The position numbers and the translations under genes were made by a program. Below the pieces are notes generated by a model, which worked only from the letters and a program-made list of their open reading frames with translations, searched no databases and was not told the origin of the DNA. Positions 40,682 through 51,900 of a stretch of DNA of 64,000 bases are shown one piece after another. Positions within the stretch are counted from its first letter, which is position 1. Every line of letters starts with the position of its first letter. Source of the stretch: Azolla caroliniana (lineage: Eukaryota > Plantae > Polypodiophyta); contig JBHGNT010000003.1 in assembly GCA_043228905.1 (NCBI GenBank), positions 1,178,001 to 1,242,000 on the forward strand, written 5' to 3'.

Positions 40682-41958
40682 GAACTCCCGTGGATTGGCA
40701 TCAACACGGGGCATGGCATGGCCCCATGGATTGGATACCAATCTTAATACTTCCCTTGGATTGATATGATATAGGGCATGGGCATGGTCCTATGAATTAG
40801 ATGCCAATCATAACACTTTCTCTGGGGGATTGATTCCACATATAGAGACCTGTTCTTATTAGAGCCATAAAATTGGGGATATGTTTAGAACTAATCAATC
40901 GATTGGAAAAAGGCCTTGAACGAAGAAATTTCCCGATTGTCCGGATCATACTTTGGCGACTTCCGAAAATGCTTAGGACTAACTAACTAGACTACGAATA
41001 CTTCCGAGAACACCACACATATGGCACAAACTAGCTATATGAGATTGCTCTACATCTATGCTTAATTGAATGAATCCTTAGGTATTACTTTAAGATCTCA
41101 CTCTCTCAATCCTACAATCCCCTCCTTTTAATAAAGAGTTTAAAACTCTTAATACACACTTTAGAACTTACCAGCATTCTTAATCACTTAAATGAGACAC
41201 CAAAATAAGAAAGGAAATGACAAAAGAATCACCAACGGAATATTCATAATAATTGAAACATTCTTCACTTGGCCGAAGCTTTAAAAAAGACGGGTCTCTC
41301 TCAGATTGGTTAGAAAGTGGGGAGAGTGAGAGAGATATTTTATGTTGCTCGACTAATGGAAATTGTTTTCATTTTTCTTGACCTATTGGAGATTGCCCCA
41401 AAAAGTGGGATATGCTCAATGCCTTTGTATTTCATGGTAGACATGGAAATCAAGCATATCCACAAAAGTTGAAGGGAGTCTTTGTGTGGACAGTGGCAGT
41501 TTGTTTTTTTGGACAAGTCAAAATTCTTTCCTCAATGGAATGTTTGTCTTATTACCTACCTATTGGTGATTCACTATGCCCCAATGCCCATTCACCGATG
41601 AACCCACTCAATTATGGTACTATTACCATTTGCAAAAGGAGAAAAGCACGAGAAATACCAAGTTTTGTAATAGGTGAATATTTAGTTGATGTTATCATCG
41701 GAAGAAAACCATGGATCAAGTGAAGTTAAGCTCGAATGATGAGCTAACCATTTGAAGAATAAGGTTTAGGGTTCAAACAATGTTAAGCAATGATAAGGGG
41801 AAATGGTGAGTTATGATCCACAAGTTACAACAATGAAATAATCGAAAAATATGAGCATTTTGCTAACATCAAACGCCTTTGCATGGATTAAGTGCATGCT
41901 AAAAGAAAAGGCATTGGTGCAAGCCAAAAGAGGCACCACTATTTTTATTCAACATGGG

Positions 41959-43335
41959 AGCTCCTAAAACTGAACCTTTAACATCAAACATGAACTTGAA
42001 CCAAATTTAGCTGAACCATTTGAAACCATTCAAAACAAATCGTTAAAACCTAAATTGTTCAAAATGAAGCGTTTAAACCGTAGCTGTTCAAACCAAACCA
42101 CTTGAAAAAAGTCAAACTTAAACCGAACTACTCACAACATATTTAGAACCAAAGCAAATAATCAAGCAATTATGTCTACCCTTTCAAGTTGTTCAAACAA
42201 CACTAAACTAATGCCTTCACTTTTTTCTAAAATTAAAATTAAGATTTCACCAATAAAAAAACTTGAAACTATATAAACAGAACAAGATAAACTTGAAAGA
42301 GAATAATCTGTAACAACATTGAACCGAACCATTTAAAAAACTAGGAAATTGAACTAAACCGATACTATTGTTAAGGATCTCTTAGAGCTAAGGATAATTT
42401 CATGGGGGTATGTTCTAGCTCCTAAAACTGAACCTTTAACATCAAACATGAACTTGAACCAAATTTAGCTGAACCATTTGAAACCATTCAAAACAAATCG
42501 TTAAAACCTAAATTGTTCAAAATGAAGCGTTTAAACCGTAGCTGTTCAAACCAAACCACTTGAAAAAAGTCAAACTTAAACCGAACTACTCACAACATAT
42601 TTAGAACCAAAGCAAATAATCAAGCAATTATGTCTACCCTTTCAAGTTGTTCAAACAACACTAAACTAATGCCTTCACTTTTTTCTAAAATTAAAATTAA
42701 GATTTCACCAATAAAAAAACTTGAAACTATATAAACAGAACAAGATAAACTTGAAAGAGAATAATCTGTAACAACATTGAACCGAACCATTTAAAAAACT
42801 AGGAAATTGAACTAAACCGATACTATTGTTAAGGATCTCTTAGAGCTAAGGATAATTTCATGGGGGTATGTTCTAGCTCCTAAAACTGAACCTTTAACAT
42901 CAAACATGAACTTGAACCAAATTTAGCTGAACCATTTGAAACCATTCAAAACAAATCGTTAAAACCTAAATTGTTCAAAATGAAGCGTTTAAACCGTAGC
43001 TGTTCAAACCAAACCACTTGAAAAAAGTCAAACTTAAACCGAACTACTCACAACATATTTAGAACCAAAGCAAATAATCAAGCAATTATGTCTACCCTTT
43101 CAAGTTGTTCAAACAACACTAAACTAATGCCTTCACTTTTTTCTAAAATTAAAATTAAGATTTCACCAATAAAAAAACTTGAAACTATATAAACAGAACA
43201 AGATAAACTTGAAAGAGAATAATCTGTAACAACATTGAACCGAACCATTTAAAAAACTAGGAAATTGAACTAAACCGATACTATTGTTAAGGATCTCTTA
43301 GAGCTAAGGATAATTTCATGGGGGTATGTTCTAGC
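41959..43335. repeat. 458-bp tandem repeat, 3 essentially identical copies
   Basis: AGCTCCTAAAACTGAACC starts at 41959, 42417 and 42875. The array ends at ...TTCTAGC 43335. Confidence 0.95.
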
Positions 43336-44738
43336 CATTTTAACTTAATATTGGAGCCAACATATGGGGTTAATATTTGCAATGTAGTCTTTGGTTTTCC
43401 TATTTGCTATCCTATTCTCCTTACACCAATTTATCATTTGGGTATCGATTTCTATGCCCATGTGATCAAAAGTTAGGCCAAGTCCAAATTATTTGTGACA
43501 TGTGGACTCCCCTCTAGGTAAGCTAGTGATCAAACAAACATATTGGTTACGGCAACAAGATTTTATCTACTATCCAAATAAATAGATAATAAATCCACCC
43601 AAACTTGTAAAACATGTTGACTTGGATCAATTCACTTATTTGATTCTTAAACTTGATAATAGAAGTATGTAGTTGCTTCACCTGAGAGATTCGAACTCTC
43701 GCAAGGAAACCCCATGTACTTAGCAAGCACACACCTTAACCACTTATGCCTCCTTTAGAAAAATCCTCCTTTGGAAAAATCTCACTTATGCCTAAGGTAG
43801 TCCTAGTTAGATCAAGATTTTATCAAAATGCCAGCAACTAATGGGGACTTTAAGGCCTCAAACCCACACTTCAACTCTCATTCCCAAAATTTTCTATTTC
43901 AACTTCTCAAAATTTCGGCCAAGCTCTCTTTAGCATTCCACTATCAAACAAATAACCAAATAGAGCTTTGCTAGTCTCTTCTTCCCTGTTCTCACTTGAA
44001 ATTGTTTCTATTGTAGAAATTTCATTCCTCACTAAACCTAGTCTATGGTGTATGAGAGCTTCCATGTGACTATTAAATTCATAACAGTTCAAGGTTTGTT
44101 GGAACTTGGAGTTATACCTTCCTTTGTGAACTTCCCACTTTATCGTCAAACTATGAGTCTGATGCTTTGCACTAGGTTTAGGGTTTAAGGTTTATTGTCA
44201 AGAAATGCAATCCTACTCCTTTCAACTACAACTTGGGACCCCCAATTGTATTTTTTATCAATTGACAAATCTTAATAACTTTACAAATCCTTCATTTAAT
44301 AAGCTAGGGTTGCAAAAGATCATCAGAGAGGAGTTTTCAAATTTGGATATCAACCAACAAATTTCGTTGATGTTCAAATTCAAAACCATGTAATTCAAAC
44401 CATAAGGCTTTTAACTCCTAAATAATCAGTTGTATTGTGGTGGTCACATGGACCACACCTAGATTAGGCCCCTACCAAGCCCCATGCACCACACATAGAC
44501 CACACCCAAATTAGGCCCCTACCAAGCCTCATGCACCACACCCAAACTAGGCCCCCACCAAGCCCCATAATTAGTAGAGCTAATTGGAGCGGGAGAACAC
44601 CCTCCACGCTAAGAGAGAGTCTATAAAATGTAACTTGAGACATAATGAAATGGAGGCTATTCTTGAGAGCATTTCACATCTTGGTGGAGAAGACGGGCCA
44701 AGCCACCCCAACTCACGACCCCAACAACGCCCGCCACG

Positions 44739-45666
44739 ATGCAACACGACAACAACGACGGCAACGCAAACTCGATGAATCCGGAATTCCTACAACACAA
44801 TCAAGGACACCAGCCCACATCGCCAATCGACCAACTGGTTCAAGCTCTGTCCAACATCATTTTACAAGTTAACCATACTAACCAAGCCATGTTGTCCTTT
44901 CTTTCAGCACGATCCGAGCCACAACAAAATCTCCCGGACTCTCGAGTTCGCCCAAAACCGTTCTCCGGCCTACCATCGGAAGACGTCCTCTCTTGGCTGG
45001 ATCATTTCGAAATGGTGGCCAGTTACCACCAGTGGCCACACCCTCGGAAGGCAATGGAGATGAAGACACTCCTCGAGAATATCGCGGCAACATGGCTTGT
45101 ACAACAACCCGAAGAGACACGCAACGACTGGGATCTGTTACGGGCAGCCATGATTCGGAATTTTGCTCATCAAGACTCCCGCCAGACGGCCCTACAACAA
45201 CTTGAGTCAATTACCCAACAACCACGCGAACCCATCACCCAGTTCGCGGTTCGTTTTGTGCAGATCCTACGCCGGGCTGACGCCAACATGTCGGAGGACA
45301 TGAAGTTGTTTTTTTTCTGGCCGCCGTGTACGCGATCAAGGCCCGACGACACTACACGAAGCCATCCTCACTGCCCAACGCATCGAAGCTGCAGACGCGC
45401 ACGACATGCACACACCAGGTAATCTCAGTCATGATCATACAAACACTATACCAGCCGTCACTCCCATGGACATCGACATCCAGAACGCGCAATTACGTGC
45501 CAAGCGTGCATTGCCCGAACGAGACAGCCAGGGACGCCCCAAATGTTTCTACTGCAACAACTATGGCCACATTCGGCGTCACTGCCGAAAGTGGCAGAAT
45601 CACCAACAGAAGCAGAACGTCCAATTGGCTGACGCTGCCTCCCTCTCTGAGCTCCCGGAAAACTAA
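44739..45666 (+). pseudogene. gag with CCHC knuckle, frameshifted near 45325
   Basis: RPKPFSGLPSEDVLSWLDHFE. The frame switches to VRDQGPTTLHEAILTAQRIE...CFYCNNYGHIRRHC...PEN*. Confidence 0.85.
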
Positions 45667-48600
45667 TGCGCGGGGTGCCGCAGGGAGAGCCGCCCCCGCA
45701 CGTCCACGTCTCCACGTCCTCAACTTCTCCCGTTTCTCCCACGATCGAGCCGCCCCCGCACGTCCACGCCTCCACTTCATCAACTTCGCCCGTTTGTACC
45801 ACAATCGCCCGCCTCCAGCACACGACCCAAGAAGTTCTCCTCGACTCCGGCAGCAGCATCTCTTCCATCAGCGCAGATTTAGTCACCCAATTACAACTTC
45901 CCACGAGCCACGCACCGCCCATTAAAATCCTCTTCGGCGACCAACAACGGGTGTACCACTCACATACGCAAGTCAGGTGCATGCTCACCATTAGTTCCGC
46001 CCAGATCCACCATCGTTTCTACGTCCTCCCGCGCCAGTTGTTCCCAATCACCTTGGGATGTGATTGGTTCCTCCATAGTCGAGCCTGTCTCGATTTCTCC
46101 GCACAACAGCTCATCCTCCCAAATCACATTCCGATCGCGCTCTTCACTACTCCGCGGGATACCACCCACATCAGCAACACACAGTACCTGATATCACCGG
46201 CGGAGCGCATCAACGACATCAGACGGCTCCTCGCCACCTTTCCCTCGTTGTCTACACCACCTGTAAAACCTCCCTCGATCCGTTTTCCGATTCACCACAC
46301 GATTCCTACAGGCAACGCCCGCCCCATCAACGCAGCTCCCCGACGTCGCTCGCCTCTCGACCACGAGCGCATCGACAACGCCGTCAAAACTATGCTCCAA
46401 CAAGGGATTATCACACCTTCCAAGAGCGAGTGGATCTCGGAGCCACACATGGTAAAGAAAGGGGATGGTTCTTACCGCTTTTGTGTCGACTTCCGACAAC
46501 TGAACCATGTCACCACCCATGACCGATACCCTCTCCCTCGTATCGATGACCTCCTCGACCAGCTTGGCAAATCAAAGTACTTCACCTCCCTCGATCTAGC
46601 CTCCGGATATTGGCAGATCCCGATGAATCCTCACGATGCCCACAAAACTGCATTCCGCACTAGGAAAGGCATTTTTCAGTTCACACGGATGCCCTTTGGC
46701 CTATCTGATGCGGGGAGCACATTCCAGCGAATGGTTAATGCCATCTTCGATGATCTCATCACCCGCTGTGTCGTCATCGTCTATCTAGACGATATTCTGG
46801 TACATACAAGCACTTGGGCAGAACACCTTCAAGTCCTTCGGGAGGTCCTAACTTGTGTTCAACGCTATCGATTGCAGTTGCAATGGAAGAAGTGCCGATG
46901 GGGTAGTACGTGCCTCCGCTTCCTTGGGTACGTCATCTCCTCCGACGGAATACAAATGGACCCGGAGAAGACAGAAGCAGTCCAAAAATTCCCACGCCCC
47001 AGCCCCACCACAGTCAAGCAGCTTCAACGCTTCCTCGGCCTCCTCACGTTCTCTCTTCGTTTCATCCCACGGCTAGCCGACCTGTCAGCCCCACTACGCG
47101 CGCTCCTACAAAAAGACGCACCCTTCCTGTGGACCGAAGCCTGCGAATCCAGCTTCCTGCAGCTCAAGAGAACACTCCAAGCCTCTGACCTCCTGGCCCA
47201 CCCTGATTTCATGAAGCCTTTCCATCTGCAGACGGATGCCTCCAATGTCGGCCTTGGTGCGGTCCTGCTCCAATCCGACGACAACGACCAACTCCGCCCG
47301 ATTGCCTACATCAGTCGGTCACTTACCAAAGCCGAACAAAATTACTCGACAACTGAAAAAGAGTTCCTCGCCATCGTCTGGGCATTCCATCGTTTCCACC
47401 CATACCTTCACGGATCAAATACATCAGTCGAAACCGACCATCAGCCATTGCTCTCCCTCATAAAGAAGGCTCATCCACCCGGCCGCTTACTTCGTTGGGT
47501 TTTGGCGCTACAGGATTACACATTCACTCTGCGCTATCGCCATGGTCCACAAAACATCGTCGCCGATGGATTATCCCGCATATCCTTTCAGGCGAACCAG
47601 ATCACCTCCAACACAATCGATTTCCCCATATCCTCGTCCCAAATGGCCAACATGCAACAACACGACAAACAAATCCAAGATATCTACCACCGCCTACGAG
47701 CTGAACCGACATCATCCCTCACCAAGCAATTCATGATCCAGGATAATGTCCTACTTTTTTGTCAAGTAGGCAAAGAACCCCGAGTCTACGTGCCTGAGCA
47801 ACTACGCCAGTCTTACCTTCGTTTCTTCCACGATCACCCGTTGTCTGGCCACTTGGGTTTTCATAAGGTGCTCGACAAAATTCGTCGCAAATTCTATTGG
47901 CCTGGGCTACGCCACGAGGTCGCCTCCTACATCAAAGCATGCAACTTATGTCAGGCCATCAAATCACCTCAAGTGGCTCAAGGCCTCTTACATTCGATAC
48001 AAGTTCAAGCTCCATTTGAAATCGTCGGATGGGACATTATGGGCCCCTTTCCCGAGTCACAAGGAGGGAACAAATTCATCCTCGTCATCACCGAGTACTT
48101 GACGCGTTGGGCTGAGACGGCCGCTATCCCAGATGCAAAGGCTATGACCATCGCCTCCAAACTATTGGAAAAAACCATCTTCCCCCACGGTTGCCCACTC
48201 CAAATCTTGTCCGATCGAGGACCCTAGTTCAACGGTGAGCTCCTATGCCTCGTTTCAACACAACTAGGAATCCAACAGTTATTCACGTCACCCTACCATC
48301 CGCAAACGAATGGGTTGACAGAGCGCCTCAATCGAACCTTAAAACAACAAATCTCAGCCTACATCGATCCGCTGCACTCAACCTGGGACCGAATCTTGCC
48401 CTTCGTTACGCATGCCTACAACACAACTGTGCAAGCCTCTACCCGCATTAGCCCATTTCGGGCCCTTTACGGAAGGGACCCGCGCTTACCCCCAGAAGTG
48501 GCAGTCCCGCAACCAACCACACGACTCCACGCTGACGCAATGTCTTGGTGGTCCCACCTACAACAACTCCAGCCCCTCCTCCGCAAAGCCATCACAAGCA

Positions 48601-48956
48601 ACCTGCACCAGGCACAACTACGCCAAAAACGACAACACGATATAGGCCGTGTCGACCATCAATACCACGTCGGTGACAAAGTCCTCGTCTACTTCCCCAT
48701 CCGTCGTCGCGGTCTCAGCGAATCGCTCATGCACCGATGGATCGGTCCCTTCGAAGTTCAAAAGCAGATACGCGACACTACATACCTGCTCCGCCGCGCC
48801 TCCAACAACCGCTCTACCTTTGCTCACCAGTCTCGCATGAAGCCCTTCCATCAACTACCACCGCCCCCGCCCACACTCATGCCTACGCCCACGCCCGTAT
48901 CATCCCCCTGTCTGGAACCGTCGTCCACGCCTCGTCGCGCTTCGATTGCACAGTAA
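45666..48956 (+). pseudogene. pol (PR, RT, RH, IN) with one nonsense codon
   Basis: LLDSGS, YLDD, TDAS, HHCC, DIMGP, SDRGP*F (TAG at 48225-48227), NGLTER, GPF. No chromodomain and no extra RNase H. Confidence 0.9.
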
Positions 48957-51900
48957 CTTCTTCTTTTTTTTTACAAGGGGGAATTGTGGTGGTCACATGG
49001 ACCACACCTAGATTAGGCCCCTACCAAGCCCCATGCACCACACATAGACCACACCCAAATTAGGCCCCTACCAAGCCTCATGCACCACACCCAAACTAGG
49101 CCCCCACCAAGCCCCATAATTAGTAGAGCTAATTGGAGCGGGAGAACACCCTCCACGCTAAGAGAGAGTCTATAAAATGTAACTTGAGACATAATGAAAT
49201 GGAGGCTATTCTTGAGAGCATTTCACAGTATCAATTGAAGCAAAAACTTCAGCTCGATATTTGGATAGAGCCATGCTCTTAAATTTGCAAGGCTAGCTTT
49301 TCAATGACTTTGGAAATGGAGCTAAGATGATGTCTAGATTGGGGTTACAAAAATAGCCAATAGAATATCGTGATGCCGTAGTATTTAAAACGACTCGATG
49401 CATGCCACTCTTCAACTCATCATTGCTCCATACCTGTACAACAAGAAGACATTAGTAATATTAGAAATTGACATTAACTACATAATAAAATATGCATGGT
49501 GCATTCTATTATATTGCTGATAACTTGATGTTTAATTGCTTGCTTTGGAAACTTGATCTAGAGATACATGGATATGCATGAACAACACATTTTTATATCT
49601 TAAAACTAATATCAAGGTAGATATCACCTAGTACACCATTGTAACGATTTGATGCATAATACTATTTGATACATGGATGTGCATCAACACCATAGTTTAA
49701 CATCTTAAACTAATATCAAGGTAGATATCACCTACTACACCATTGTAACAATTCGATGCATAATACTATTTGGATCATTGAACTTATGAAATTATACGTA
49801 ACAATATTACTTTCCATTCTACATTAATTTTACTAATATTATTTACGATAAGCCTCATGTTGTTTGAAAGCCTTCTCTACAAAGATGATGTGATTGTCAT
49901 CAATATCAAGGCACGGTGTTACATGATATATTGAATTAATCTTTGTACTACATGGATATATACCTTATTCTTTATCATGCACAAAAGTTGTAGTGCAACA
50001 TACCTGAAGTATATCACCCACATTCACAACTAATAGGTCAGAACGAGGAAGAATGTTTATCCATGTTCCATCTTGTTGGACTTGCAAACCTCCAATCTCA
50101 TCTTGATATAGGATAGTAAGAATGCAAACATCGGTATGGGGAATTAAACCAAGGGTCTTGTCTGGTTGAGGACATTTACGATAGTGGTTTATCTTCAAAC
50201 CAATGGTATCTTCGCCACCATGTGCGACATGACTCTTGTATATGTTTCTAAATTCTTCATCTTCCTCAGTAATGCCAATCCCTTTCAATAACGACACAAC
50301 CAACTTCTCCGCTAATGCCGAAAAACCCTTTGTGCAATCTTCAATTGCTTCACTATAATAATAATAAATCATCATTACCTTATGACTTTCACATTTATGA
50401 ATTCTAATAGCAATTTTTATTAAATAAGATATCATGTTCATAATGTCAAGATAAAGCCATAGTCTTGATGCTTGAGCTTGTTAATTCAACAAGATAGAGC
50501 TAATATTATATGATATGCCACATTCTTAGCTTCAAATATAGGCAAGGCTTCACCTTTGTGTGCAATTTCATATATGAAAGATCCCACTTTTCCTTATGTT
50601 TTGATTCTCTCTAGAGTACTCAAGGTTACCAGCTTATGAAGGAAGTCATTAGCCCTACAATATTTGACAAATTAATGAAGTTTGGATGTGCCTCTATGCA
50701 ATAGCATTGGGAGAGCATTTCCTACTATCATTGAACCTAGCTTGTTATGATGTGGATCACTTCATAATGGTCTATCTTAATTGTAATATGATCAAGGTTT
50801 CGAACCCATGGATATTTCTTATTGAATTTAACCTAATCATATATATATATATGATGTTGATGATCTACAATCACTCTTGAGAAGCCAGTAGCAAGATGAT
50901 GAAAAACATAAAAATCATTTAAAAAGTATCTAGGGAACCATTTGAAGAGTTTCAGTCCTTGTAACTTCTAAGAAGATGACAATGATGGTCATTAGCTAAT
51001 TAGAATTGTATGGAATGGGGCCCAAAACTTTGGACCGGATGTTGGGCCTTTGAAACATTTGGAATATTCCCCAATGATTCTCTCTAAGCTGATAAACCGA
51101 TAAGAAACAAGTTGTCATCAGGAAAGTTTTGGAGTTGATTGTGAGGAGAAATGTAGGAACTTTCATTTCGGAATTCTCGAGCATTAGTGTTCTGGATTCA
51201 TCTCGCTAAGATCTTTTCAGTAAGAGTTATACGCTACAATTCTAGTAGAGGATCCTTGAACCCTTTGTCGATATTCTCGCATTGGCGGGGAGACGTCTTA
51301 CGTACTTACAAAGGCCCAATTTCGGGTCACAAACTTGGGTAAATTCTAAGGGGCGAGAATAGAGAGAAAGAACCTGAATGAAGGGTCCTCGTGGCCGATG
51401 GGCGGGAGGAGAGCATCGATAACTCGTGAGAGACCGGCGACACGAGGAGCGACTCGAAGGAACTCGGACCGCCACTTGTTTCAAGCTCCGGAATCGTTCC
51501 CGGGCCCATAACCACAGAAGAACCTGTCTCACTGCCTCTCCCTGTTGCCCGAGAGCTTCCCCAATAGTCTCCCTACCTCGGCTTTCTTCTCGAATGGCAG
51601 ATCGAAGAACCTTCGGCTGTATTGTTGAAGTGTTCGGAGGGATCGGAGCGGTACTCCATGGTTTGCCACTTGGAAGAATCCGGTGCTTCTCGCTGCTCTT
51701 GTTAGCTCTTTGATTGTCGTCGATGATGACCAAGTTTTTGATGCTGATTCATCTGGATATGTGTAGATCATAAGCCAAACAATATATGGGAGATGATGGT
51801 GATGGTTGATTATGTGACCTATGCTGACACCATGGAAACACCATACATAAGAGCAAAATGAACCTCCATGGAAACAGCATATTCATCTGATCTATGCTGA

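Larger units (their letters stand above)
44436..49227 (+). mobile_element. Full-length non-chromovirus Ty3/Gypsy LTR retrotransposon
   Basis: 243-bp LTRs 44436-44678 and 48985-49227 (TG...CA, identical by eye). 4-bp TSD GTAT (44432-44435 / 49228-49231). PBS TGGTGGAGAAGACGGGC at 44682. PPT AAGGGGGAA before the 3' LTR. Confidence 0.95.
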
